Shown: positions 8,201 to 17,293, counted from the first letter of the stretch. The stretch: 64,000 nucleotides of DNA from Bacillota bacterium (GCA_013178275.1 JABLWZ010000011.1:89422-153421); one strand, 5' to 3'. Numbers and translations: made by a program. The notes: generated by a model from the sequence alone, not told the origin.

Positions 8201-10819
8201 GTGGAAATTGCAGAAAAGACCCACGACCAACTCCTGGCTGAAAACAATCAACTGCGGCAGCAACTCGCCTTGTATGAAGAGCAGGCCAATATTGTAGATG
8301 CTCCAACTAATGGTATGGGTGTAACCGCTGAGTATTACGAAGCGCCGATATGGGTGACCGACCTTAAGGCCAAGAGGTTAAGGAAGACTCGAAAAAACGA
8401 ACTATTTGGTGACGATGGTAAAATAATCGATGCAATAGCGGCTTTCGAGGACATCAGCGAACGCATCCAGGTACAGGAATCCCTGCAGAAGGAGCGCGGG
8501 ATATTAAGAGCCGTGATCGAGAACACCGAGACGCAGCTGGTATATCTCGATCCGGAGTTCAACTTCATCTGGGTGAACTCGGCTTACGCTAAAGGGTGCA
8601 GGCGCCCGGTCGAGGATTTCATTGGCAGAAACCACTTCGAACTGTTTCCCCATGAAGAAAACGAGGCGATATTCCGTAAGGTGTGCGATACCGGTAAACC
8701 TATACTTTTCAAGGCCAAACCCTTCGTACACCCGGATCGACCCGAACAGGGGGTTACATACTGGGACTGGATGCTGACCCCCATCACCGACTGTTTCGGA
8801 AAGGTTACCGGACTCGTTCTCTCGCTTACCGACGTCACGGAAATGGTGCGCACCGAGGAAACACTGCGAGAGACCAAGGATTATCTTGAAAACCTTATCA
8901 ACTACGCCAATGCTCCAATTATTGTATGGGATTCGAATTTTAAAATAATTCGTTTTAACCGGGCTTTTGAACGTTTGACCGGTTACAGCGCAGATTATGT
9001 CCTGGGCAGATCACTGGAAATTCTCTTCCCGGACGACCGTAAGAAGGAATCCATGGATATTATCGGCCGAACAGCATCGGGGGAATACTGGGAGGTGGTG
9101 GAGATACCTATCCTCCAAAAAGGAGGAAATGTACGAATTGTACTCTGGAACTCGGCGAATATCAGTGATGAATCAGGAAAAATCGTGGCGACTATAGCCC
9201 AGGGGCAGGACATCACTGAACGAAAAATCGCAGAGGAATCTCTGCGCAAGAGCCAGCAGCGTGATGAACTCCTCTCCACAGTTGCTAGCCGTCTCTTGTC
9301 CAGTGAGGATCCGCAGGCCATCATCGAGGAACTTTGCCATAAGACCATAGACCATCTGGGGTGCGACGTCTTCTTAAACTACATGGAGGATAGGGAAAAA
9401 GGCTATCTGCACCTCAATGCCTGCACCGGGATTCCCGAGGATGAGGCTAGAAAGATCGAATGGCTTGACTACGGAAGCGCGGTATGCGGATGTGTAGCTT
9501 TGGAAGGACAGCGTATCATAGTCGAGAACATCTCCGAATTCCATGATCCAAGGACTGACAAAGTCAGGACCTACGGTATCCTGGCTTATGCCTGTTATCC
9601 CTTGAAGATGATAGATAGGGTTATCGGCACCATCTCCTTTGGTACTCGTTCCCGATCCAGTTTTACGGATGAAGAACTGGTGGTGATGAAGAGCGTAGCT
9701 GATCAAATAGCTATCGCCATGAGCCGCCTCCTGACAACCCGGCAGTTAAGGGAGAGCGAGGCCAGGCTGGAGGAACTGGTAAGGGAGCGAACCCGGGAGC
9801 TATACGACTCAAACCAGAGAATGGTTAAAACGGTTGAGAGTATAACTGATACTTTTTTCTCTCTCGACCGGGAATGGCTGGTAACCTATTGGAATAGAGC
9901 GGCCGAAGATATGTTTGATTTAAAGCGAGAAGAAATACTGGGAAGGAATTTCTGGGAGGTATTTCCCAGGGCGGTCGAGTCGGAATTTTACACCCAGTAT
10001 CGTCTTGCTATGCGCTTAAACAATCCGGTTAATTTTGAGGCTATGGAAGCCCACACCGGCCGATGGGTGGAAGCCCGCGCTTACCCCTCCCAGGTTGGGC
10101 TTACGATATACTTGAACGACATCACGGAACAGAAACGATTAGGTGAAGAAATCGCCCGCTTAGACCGCTTAAACCTGGTTGGCGAAATGGCGGCTTCTAT
10201 CGGCCACGAGATAAGGAATCCGATGACCACTATCCGGGGATTTTTACAGATACTGGCTTCTAAAAAGGGCTGCCAGCTTTATAGAGAATACTTTGACCTG
10301 ATGATTGAAGAACTGGACCGGGCGAATTCTATTATTACCGACTATCTAAGCATGGCTAAGGATAAAGCGGTCGATATGAATCCAAGATATCTCAATTCGA
10401 TAATCAGAACCATCCACCCCTTGATCCAAGCGGACGCGAATTACTCTGACAAGCAGGTGAGGCTGGATCTGGACTTACCGCCAAAGCTGCTGCTTGACGA
10501 AAAGGAAGTCCGCCAGCTGATTTTGAACCTGGCCCGCAATGGCCTGGAAGCCATGGGACCAGGGGGTATACTCACCATCAGAACCCATGTGGAAAACAGC
10601 GAGACGGTACTGGAAGTAGGGGACCAAGGCTCTGGGATTCCGCCGGCGATGATGGATAGGCTGGGTACGCCATTCCATACCACCAAGGAGAACGGGACCG
10701 GCCTCGGCCTAGCCGTCTGCTACAGTATTGCCCATAGACACAACGCCAAGATCGAGGTGGATACCGGGCCCGAGGGGACGACGTTCAGGGTCAGGTTCAA
10801 ACCGAATAGTGATCCTTAA
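8201..10819 (+). CDS. PAS-PAS-GAF-PAS sensor histidine kinase (paralogue 3 of 3)
   Basis: GTG start. GAF-like block (..CDVFLNYMEDREKGYLHLNA..GTISFGTRS..). RLEELVRERTREL linker shared with kinase 1. Same H-box LDRLNLVGEMAASIGHEIRNPMTTIRGFLQ and ATPase boxes as the other two kinases. Confidence 0.85.
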   Translation: MEIAEKTHDQLLAENNQLRQQLALYEEQANIVDAPTNGMGVTAEYYEAPIWVTDLKAKRLRKTRKNELFGDDGKIIDAIAAFEDISERIQVQESLQKERGILRAVIENTETQLVYLDPEFNFIWVNSAYAKGCRRPVEDFIGRNHFELFPHEENEAIFRKVCDTGKPILFKAKPFVHPDRPEQGVTYWDWMLTPITDCFGKVTGLVLSLTDVTEMVRTEETLRETKDYLENLINYANAPIIVWDSNFKIIRFNRAFERLTGYSADYVLGRSLEILFPDDRKKESMDIIGRTASGEYWEVVEIPILQKGGNVRIVLWNSANISDESGKIVATIAQGQDITERKIAEESLRKSQQRDELLSTVASRLLSSEDPQAIIEELCHKTIDHLGCDVFLNYMEDREKGYLHLNACTGIPEDEARKIEWLDYGSAVCGCVALEGQRIIVENISEFHDPRTDKVRTYGILAYACYPLKMIDRVIGTISFGTRSRSSFTDEELVVMKSVADQIAIAMSRLLTTRQLRESEARLEELVRERTRELYDSNQRMVKTVESITDTFFSLDREWLVTYWNRAAEDMFDLKREEILGRNFWEVFPRAVESEFYTQYRLAMRLNNPVNFEAMEAHTGRWVEARAYPSQVGLTIYLNDITEQKRLGEEIARLDRLNLVGEMAASIGHEIRNPMTTIRGFLQILASKKGCQLYREYFDLMIEELDRANSIITDYLSMAKDKAVDMNPRYLNSIIRTIHPLIQADANYSDKQVRLDLDLPPKLLLDEKEVRQLILNLARNGLEAMGPGGILTIRTHVENSETVLEVGDQGSGIPPAMMDRLGTPFHTTKENGTGLGLAVCYSIAHRHNAKIEVDTGPEGTTFRVRFKPNSDP

Positions 10820-10995
10820 TGCAATGAAAATATAGCTGATTATATTGTATTGCCATAGGAGATAATTCCTGAAGTACCGGAACTAAAACATTGAATTTTA
10901 GATAGTTGCGTAAGGAGACAGATTCATGTAAATTAAATATAGAGTGAAAATACATTGAAAAATTAGTTAACGCAAGACCTGGAGGACTGAATAAA

Positions 10996-12267
10996 GTGAA
11001 AGACAAAGAAAAAACCAAGCAGCAATTAATAGACGAGATAGTGAATTTGAGGGAGAAAAATCTTAGATTAGAAAACCTGGTTGAAATAAATAAAAGAATC
11101 AAGCAGGTTATTGGCATAAATTCCTTTAATGAGATATTGGATAACATTCAGGAACCCGTGATTATAACCAATAATCAGGAGTCCACCACTGAGCGAAAAC
11201 CAAAAGAACAAGAATTGGTTAAACGCGAAGTTGAATTTGCGACAAGAAAGGCTCAGCAAAAGATCATACGCCTTAAAAAAGTGGCGGCCCAACAATTAGG
11301 ATTAGAGGAAATCGGGTTTTACTCAGAATCTATGAGCCAGATATATCAATTATCACAGAGATATTATCTGGACCGGTCGATACCAGTGTTGATCCAGGGA
11401 GAAACCGGGACTGGAAAGGAAATAGTCGCTAAATTGATACACTATGGAGACCTGAAAGAAATGGACCAGCCTTTCGTCGATATAAACTGCGCTGCTTTAA
11501 GTCCCAGCCTGTTTGAAAGCGAGCTTTTTGGTTACGAGGCCGGGGCCTTCACGGGCAGCCTGGCAAAAGGGCAGAAAGGCAAGTTTGATATCGCCGATGG
11601 CGGGACTATTTTCCTGGATGAAATCTCTGAACTGCCTCTAGAACTGCAGGTTAAGCTGCTGCGTGTGATTCAGGAAAAACAGTTTTACCGGGTAGGCGGG
11701 CTGAAAAAGGTCAAGGCTGATGTCAGAATCATCTGTGCGACGAATAAGGACCTGAATCAGGCTGTAGTGGAGGACAAGTTCAGAGATGATTTGTATTACC
11801 GGCTTAAAGTAGGGTATATAAACATACCCCCTTTGAGGGAACGAAAAGAAGATATCCTGCCTCTGGCGAGAATGTATCTTCAAGAGTATTCAAGGCAAAA
11901 AGGGAAGAGTTTTCAGGAGTTCGACCCTAAAGCTGCCGATATTCTTTTATCCTATGCGTGGCCGGGGAATATCCGGGAATTGAAAAATGTTATTGAGGTG
12001 TCTGTATTTATGCATAACGGGATAAAGCTAAAACCAGAGCATCTCGAGTTTGTATCCCACTGCGAGGATAGGATGTGCAGGAAAACCGAAATACAATGTC
12101 CGGAGGCTATAAAAAAACCGTACAATAATCTGGTGGACGAGTTGTTGTTCAGAACGCTTGAAGAGAACAAAGGCAATATTTCGAGAACTGCAAGGGCCTT
12201 AGGCATAAGTAGAAATACAGTCTACAAAAAAGTTAAGGAATACAAAAACGCACCGCTCAAAAATTAA
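10996..12267 (+). CDS. sigma-54-dependent transcriptional activator (bEBP) with coiled-coil N-terminus
   Basis: AAA+ Walker A GETGTGKE. GAFTGA-type loop ESELFGYEAGAFTGS. Walker B GGTIFLDEI. WPGNIRELKN. C-terminal Fis-type HTH (GNISRTARALGISRNTVYKKV). The first ~115 aa are heptad-like, with no REC/PAS/GAF motifs seen. RBS GGAGG 9 nt before GTG. Confidence 0.85.
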   Translation: MKDKEKTKQQLIDEIVNLREKNLRLENLVEINKRIKQVIGINSFNEILDNIQEPVIITNNQESTTERKPKEQELVKREVEFATRKAQQKIIRLKKVAAQQLGLEEIGFYSESMSQIYQLSQRYYLDRSIPVLIQGETGTGKEIVAKLIHYGDLKEMDQPFVDINCAALSPSLFESELFGYEAGAFTGSLAKGQKGKFDIADGGTIFLDEISELPLELQVKLLRVIQEKQFYRVGGLKKVKADVRIICATNKDLNQAVVEDKFRDDLYYRLKVGYINIPPLRERKEDILPLARMYLQEYSRQKGKSFQEFDPKAADILLSYAWPGNIRELKNVIEVSVFMHNGIKLKPEHLEFVSHCEDRMCRKTEIQCPEAIKKPYNNLVDELLFRTLEENKGNISRTARALGISRNTVYKKVKEYKNAPLKN

Positions 12268-12352
12268 CATTTTTTACCTTGAGTGTTCATATATCAAACA
12301 CCCGGGGAGCGTTTATTAGCGAAAACCCTAATAAAAACGGCATGCCTCTTAT

Positions 12353-12368
12353 TGGCATGCTTTTTGCT
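12353..12368 (+). promoter_or_regulatory. candidate sigma-54 (-24/-12) promoter
   Basis: TGGCATgctttTTGCT compared with the consensus TGGCAC-N5-TTGCW, with correct GG/GC spacing. It lies 86 nt downstream of the bEBP stop. An 8-bp inverted repeat TTTATTAG-N8-CTAATAAA sits at 12312-12335 just upstream. Confidence 0.55.
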
Positions 12369-12475
12369 TCTATAAGAAAGTTTGAGTTTAATGATAACCG
12401 GTGGGATATAAACTGTGTAAATCATCTTAAAACTGATGAATCGCACTTTAAACTCAATTACAGGGGTGGATAACC

Positions 12476-12664
12476 TTGCCGTATTTTTTCTGCTGCGAAA
12501 ACTGTGGGGCCAAGTATTATTCTTCATCATCACTAGAGCATTTTATTAATTGTTGCTGCTATAGTTGTGGGCATCTATTAAAAGAAAAAAAGAAAGAGCA
12601 TCTGATCGAATCACAGAAGGTGGAGAAGAATGCCATTGAATCTGGGTCGCGAATAGGGACCTGA
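12476..12664 (+). CDS. small Cys-rich (zinc-ribbon-like) protein
   Basis: 62-aa ORF with a TTG start preceded by AGGGGTGGA. Two CxxC pairs (CENC ... CYSC) are separated by ~17 aa. Lys/Glu-rich tail. Confidence 0.4.
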   Translation: MPYFFCCENCGAKYYSSSSLEHFINCCCYSCGHLLKEKKKEHLIESQKVEKNAIESGSRIGT

Positions 12665-12695
12665 GTTTTAGTTTAACCTTGAGGACGAACCTTAC

Positions 12696-12809
12696 TATTA
12701 CTCCGGCAATTAAATATGTGAATACTATCAGATTACATTGTAGTTATTTCCCGGAATTACCAACATTTCGCGTTCCAAAGAATTTATCTATTTAACTGCC
12801 GGAGTAATA
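12696..12809. repeat. 20-nt inverted repeat pair enclosing 74 nt
   Basis: TATTACTCCGGCAATTAAAT (12696-12715) matches the reverse complement of ATTTAACTGCCGGAGTAATA (12790-12809) at 19/20 positions. Confidence 0.6.
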
Positions 12810-12825
12810 AGAAGGGATTGGATAT

Positions 12826-13050
12826 GTGATTATCAGAACTGGATATAAAAATATTATCCGCGAAATAGATATAGAGGTTGGACAGGTTTATTATATAGAA
12901 CCGCTTAATCCGTTAAAAACCAAGAACCAGGGGAGAGGAGTAGTGGTATTGGCGTTTCTGGAGCAAAACCAGCGGGCGTTGGTTAAATATCTTGATAATA
13001 ATCGTTCGGGCAAAGTTCATCTATCTGACTTAAACTCGAGAAATAAGTAA
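12826..13050 (+). CDS. hypothetical 74-aa protein
   Basis: GTG start with GAAGGGA about 8 nt upstream. No recognisable motif. Confidence 0.4.
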   Translation: MIIRTGYKNIIREIDIEVGQVYYIEPLNPLKTKNQGRGVVVLAFLEQNQRALVKYLDNNRSGKVHLSDLNSRNK

Positions 13051-13484
13051 ATATCAATCTTTTTTAATAGGGGTTAAAGGTATAATCGGACGATAATTTT
13101 AATCGTTCAACCATCGGGATTTGGATATGGACAGAATACTTGACCATATCCGAACCCGTAAATTATAATCAGGTAGAAGAGCAGAGTATAGTGAAAGGCC
13201 CAGGTGAGACACTATTCAGTTAAGGTCCACCTGGGTTGAGACGAGAGAGGTGAGAAGAGATGTTAGTATCATTTCACGCTTCTAAGACGTAAGTTGGCAC
13301 AGAGCTGACTTTCGTTAGCCATCACGCCTCCTTCCCTTTACCAACCAAAGATTTTCTTAATAAAGGCGGTATTGCAGGCAATATCTGTCCTTGAATTGGG
13401 ATGGATTCATTATCGATGGCTTTTGATATCTGGTCTTTCCGCGTCGTGTCACCTTCCATCGATTTATTGAAAGGAGTAATTATT

Positions 13485-14474
13485 ATGAAAAAGTTGGTCG
13501 CGTTATTTCTCGTTCTGATAATGGGACTTGCCATATTGAGCGGATGCTCAGGCTCAAGCACCAGCCAAAGCGAAACTCCCCAGAAAAAGGTTTATAAAAT
13601 TGGAATTGTACAGCCCATGGATCATCCCTCCCTGAATGAAATCCGCGAGACGATCATCTCAGAACTGAAGGCACCGGGTATGGGAGACAAGGTCGAAATC
13701 ATCACCAAGAACGCTAACGGCGACATGAACCTGCTGCCGTCCATTATGCAGGAGTTGATAAACAGCAAAGTCGACATGATCGTTCCCATTGCCACCCCTG
13801 CGGCACAGGCCGCGCGCGCGTCCACCAAAACAGTGCCGATCGTGTTTTCGGCAGTGAGCAATCCGGTGGAAGCCGGCCTGGTTACTTCTTTTTCTGAGAC
13901 GACCGGCAATATAACCGGGGTTTCCAACTCGATCCCGGTGGAAGATATTTTTAAGCTGGCCGCTCAGGTGACCCCCAACGTAAAAACATTCGGTTTTGTT
14001 TATAACAGCAGTGAAATAAACTCCACCAGTGGGATTAAAAGAGCCAAAGCTTACTGCGATCAAAACGGCATCAAGTACAAGGAGGCTACTATCACGGGTA
14101 CTGCCGACCTGCAGCAGTCCGCTTCTTCGCTGGTTGGCCAGGTGGACGCCTTCTTTACCCCCAATGACAATACGGTCGCTTCCGCGATGGCTACCTATGT
14201 TAAGGTGGCGACTGACGCAAAACTCCCTATCTACGCGGGTGCGGATTCCATGGTTAAAGACGGGGCTCTGGCGACCGTGGGTATCGACTATGTAAAACTG
14301 GGGAAACAGACTGCAGCGATGGTTATACGTATTGTCAACGGGCAGACCGTCAAAGACAACCATGTCGAGCAGGTCGCCGAGTATGCCAATATGATCAATA
14401 TCAATACAGCCGATAAGCTGGGTATAAGCATTTCGGACGAATTGAAGCAGAAGTTTGTGATCCTCGGAAAATAG
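13485..14474 (+). CDS. ABC transporter substrate-binding lipoprotein (ABC_sub_bind / BMP-like family)
   Basis: The preferred start is ATG 13485 (RBS AAAGGAG), giving MKKLVALFLVLIMGLAILSGC with lipobox LSGC. The mature part (KVYKIGIVQPMDHPSLNEI..) is typical of PF04392-type binding proteins. Confidence 0.85.
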   Translation: MKKLVALFLVLIMGLAILSGCSGSSTSQSETPQKKVYKIGIVQPMDHPSLNEIRETIISELKAPGMGDKVEIITKNANGDMNLLPSIMQELINSKVDMIVPIATPAAQAARASTKTVPIVFSAVSNPVEAGLVTSFSETTGNITGVSNSIPVEDIFKLAAQVTPNVKTFGFVYNSSEINSTSGIKRAKAYCDQNGIKYKEATITGTADLQQSASSLVGQVDAFFTPNDNTVASAMATYVKVATDAKLPIYAGADSMVKDGALATVGIDYVKLGKQTAAMVIRIVNGQTVKDNHVEQVAEYANMININTADKLGISISDELKQKFVILGK

Positions 14475-14510
14475 AATCCAGTCAAGCCAAGTGATGAGAA
14501 GGAAAGACGC

Positions 14511-15422
14511 ATGACACTCTTAATAGGTTCTATACAGCTCGGTCTGCTATACGCCATCCTGGCTTTGGGAATCTATATAACATTTCGTATTTTGAACCTG
14601 CCTGACTTGACGGTTGACGGCAGTTTCTCCCTGGGCATGGCCTGTGCTGCTGTGGCGACTATAAGCGGTCATCCTTTCCTTGCGCTGTTCATCGCCATTT
14701 TGGCCGGCGCTCTCGCCGGCCTGACAACTGGTTTGCTGCATACCAGGTTAAGCATACACCCCATACTGGCAGGGATTCTGGTTATGACCGGCTTGTATAC
14801 GGTAAATCTTGCCTTTATGGGAGGAAAAGCAAATCTATCGGTGGTTGGCAGCGATACCGTTTTTTCTTTAATCGAATCGATATCCTGGGCACCAGGCGAG
14901 ATGGGGATTACCCTGCTCGCCTTATCCATCTGCATAATCATAATCGCGATCCTGGCGGTATTCTTTAAGACGAGAGTTGGCCTCGCCGTTCGTGCAACCG
15001 GCGATAACGAGGACATGGTCCGTTCATCCTCGATAAATGCCAACGTCACGAAATGTATAGGCCTGTCGATGGGTAATGCCGCTGTCGCTCTGTCCGGGGC
15101 CTTGATCTGCCAGTACCAGATGTTTTCAGATGTAGGCTCGGGAAGCGGCATGGTCATCATCGGCCTGGCCTCGGTTATTATTGGAGAAACCATCTTTGGC
15201 AGGCGATCGGTGACCATCGGCCTGGTTGCTGCGGCGTTCGGTTCTATCATGTACCGGATAATCGTGGCGTTCGCGCTGAAGATAGATATGTTCCCTCCGT
15301 ACGCGTTAAAACTGATATCCGCGGTCATCGTGATAATCGCTCTTTCCGGTCCTGCGATAAAGGCCATCATACAGCAGAACAAGATCAGGAGGGAGGTCAA
15401 CAGCCATTTAATTAATAAATAG
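14511..15422 (+). CDS. ABC transporter permease
   Basis: 303-aa polytopic membrane protein immediately after the binding protein. RBS GAAGGAAAG. Confidence 0.85.
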   Translation: MTLLIGSIQLGLLYAILALGIYITFRILNLPDLTVDGSFSLGMACAAVATISGHPFLALFIAILAGALAGLTTGLLHTRLSIHPILAGILVMTGLYTVNLAFMGGKANLSVVGSDTVFSLIESISWAPGEMGITLLALSICIIIIAILAVFFKTRVGLAVRATGDNEDMVRSSSINANVTKCIGLSMGNAAVALSGALICQYQMFSDVGSGSGMVIIGLASVIIGETIFGRRSVTIGLVAAAFGSIMYRIIVAFALKIDMFPPYALKLISAVIVIIALSGPAIKAIIQQNKIRREVNSHLINK

Positions 15423-15432
15423 GCTGTAAACT

Positions 15433-16224
15433 ATGTTGGATTTAATAAAGGTCAGCAAAACCTTTTTTGCTGGAACCTTGAATGAAAAAAAGGCGTTAAA
15501 TTCAATAGACCTCCATCTTGATCGGGGCGACTTTTTGACTATCATCGGCTCGAATGGCGCCGGGAAATCCTCCTTATTCAACGCCATAGCCGGCGTATTC
15601 TATGTCGATACGGGCGCTATCCTTTTAGATAATCAGAATATTACCATGGTGGCGGACTATAAAAGGGCTTATGACATCGGCCGGCTTATGCAGGACCCCA
15701 TGAAAGGTACGGCTCCTTCCATGACTATCGAGGAGAATCTGGCCCTGGCGTACAGCAGAAAGGCGCATAAAAGCTTTTTTGCTTTAAACCGGAGGGACTC
15801 AGAATACTTTAGAGAACTGCTGGCCCGGCTTGATTTAGGCCTGGAAAACCGCATGAAAACCAAGGTCGGTAATCTGTCGGGAGGTCAGAGGCAGGCGGTC
15901 ACACTGCTGATGTGCACTATTTCGTTACCCAAGCTGCTGCTTTTAGATGAACATACGGCTGCTCTCGATCCCGCAACGGCACAAAAAATATTAAAAATTA
16001 CTGTGGATATCGTTGCCGAATCCAGTATTACAACCATGATGATCACCCATGACATCAGGTCTGCCCTTGCTGTGGGCAATCGTACCATCATGATGGACGA
16101 GGGGGAGATTATCCTGGACATTAAAGGAGAAGAGCGCGACCGGATGACCATAGAGGAATTATTGGACTACTATTACAAGGAAAGAAAAAAACAGCTGACC
16201 GATGACCGGATACTGTTATCTTAA
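15433..16224 (+). CDS. ABC transporter ATP-binding protein
   Basis: Walker A GSNGAGKSS, signature LSGGQRQ, Walker B LLLLDEHTAALD. Confidence 0.9.
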   Translation: MLDLIKVSKTFFAGTLNEKKALNSIDLHLDRGDFLTIIGSNGAGKSSLFNAIAGVFYVDTGAILLDNQNITMVADYKRAYDIGRLMQDPMKGTAPSMTIEENLALAYSRKAHKSFFALNRRDSEYFRELLARLDLGLENRMKTKVGNLSGGQRQAVTLLMCTISLPKLLLLDEHTAALDPATAQKILKITVDIVAESSITTMMITHDIRSALAVGNRTIMMDEGEIILDIKGEERDRMTIEELLDYYYKERKKQLTDDRILLS

Positions 16225-16283
16225 AAAGGGAACTGTCATTAAAAAGGTTATGATTACCCATAGCCCGAAGCGCCGATTATTAA

Positions 16284-16322
16284 AAGGGATCGCATGAGTG
16301 CTGTACTGCGATACCCTTTTTT
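16284..16322. terminator. bidirectional terminator between convergent genes
   Basis: AAAGGGATCGCA..TGCGATACCCTTTTTT hairpin with A/T runs on both sides. Confidence 0.5.
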
Positions 16323-16330
16323 CCCTCCGG

Positions 16331-17293
16331 CTATAGCTTTTCTGCTAATGCGATATGCTTCCGAATCACCGTACAGGATTCATCGAATAGCTTTTGTTCC
16401 TCTGCGGTTAAATGCAGCTCTACTATTTCCTCTATACCGTTTTTCCCAATAATTGCCGGCACACCAGCATGTAAACCGGTTTGGCCATACTCTCCCTCCA
16501 ACCCGGCGGATACCGGCATGACCCGATATTCATCATGAAAAACAGCCTTGACCATATCGGCAAGTACAGTGCCGATACCGAATTCCGTGGACTGTTTTCC
16601 GTTTATGATATCCATGCCGATCGTGCGGGTACGGTGTAAAACCTGCTCTAAATCCAGCCCGCCGTAAACATCGGGTTTTTCCTTCATTAACTCGAATAAG
16701 GGCTTGCCGCCGACACTAAAATGGGAAAACGGTATCATGCTGGAGTCGCCGTGCTCTCCCATGGAGAAACACTGCAGACTTCTGGCGTCTATCCCAACTG
16801 CTTCCTGAAACACCCGCTTAAGACGCGCGGTATCTAGGGAGGTGCCGGTACCAAACACCCGGTGCCTGGCCCACCCGGTGTGTTTTCTCATGTAATCAGC
16901 GATGACATCGGCCGGATTCGATATACAGATTAAGACACCTTTGAATCCCGAGTTTTTTAACGGATCGACGATATCCTTCATTACCCCGATCGAATCACCC
17001 ATGGTGTCCAGCCGGGTCTGCCCCGGTTTTCTTGGTACTCCTGCCGCTAAAACAATTATCGCGGCATCCCGGCAGTCTTCATAATCACCGGGCCTTATTA
17101 TGACGGGATGAGGCATGAAACCCGCTGCATCCGCTATATCACCGGCCTGCGCCGCAGCCTTTGGCCGGTCTATGTCGATAAAAACGATCTCGCTCGTATC
17201 CCCCTGGGTCATTAAAGCGTATGCGCAGTGCGAGCCCACGTGGCCGGCGCCAATGATAACAATTTTTCTTGGCTTGATAGTATTAGAGATCAG
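16331..17293 (-). CDS. L-2-hydroxyacid dehydrogenase of the LDH/MDH family
   Basis: GEHGDS, ISNPAD and GTSLDTARL motifs are present. The Rossmann loop KIVIIGAGHVGS is encoded upstream of the GTG (17239) used in the ORF track. The frame is closed by TGA at 17300-17302. The only plausible starts are CTG 17293 or ATC 17290, behind RBS AGAGGTG. Confidence 0.8.
   Translation of the reverse strand: MISNTIKPRKIVIIGAGHVGSHCAYALMTQGDTSEIVFIDIDRPKAAAQAGDIADAAGFMPHPVIIRPGDYEDCRDAAIIVLAAGVPRKPGQTRLDTMGDSIGVMKDIVDPLKNSGFKGVLICISNPADVIADYMRKHTGWARHRVFGTGTSLDTARLKRVFQEAVGIDARSLQCFSMGEHGDSSMIPFSHFSVGGKPLFELMKEKPDVYGGLDLEQVLHRTRTIGMDIINGKQSTEFGIGTVLADMVKAVFHDEYRVMPVSAGLEGEYGQTGLHAGVPAIIGKNGIEEIVELHLTAEEQKLFDESCTVIRKHIALAEKL

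Noticed and set aside
13295-13310. Second sigma-54-like element, TGGCAC-agagc-TGACT, upstream of the ABC importer.
   Set aside because: The -24 half is perfect, but the -12 half lacks the conserved TTGC (GC is replaced by AC). It is kept only as a remark in the leader finding.
13269-13322. 17-codon minus-strand ORF (MANESQLCANLRLRSVK) with a very strong RBS.
   Set aside because: It has no downstream gene to regulate, no hydrophobic or toxin-like character, and no recognisable promoter. It is too short to call without expression data.
13401-13484. N-terminal extension of the ABC binding protein from ATG 13401.
   Set aside because: The internal ATG 13485 has a canonical RBS and yields a textbook lipoprotein signal peptide. 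The extension has no RBS and would bury the signal peptide.
13051-13484. T-box upstream of the PF04392-type ABC importer, since such transporters are T-box regulated in some Firmicutes.
   Set aside because: There is no GGGTGGTACCGCG-like T-box sequence and no terminator/antiterminator pair before the RBS.
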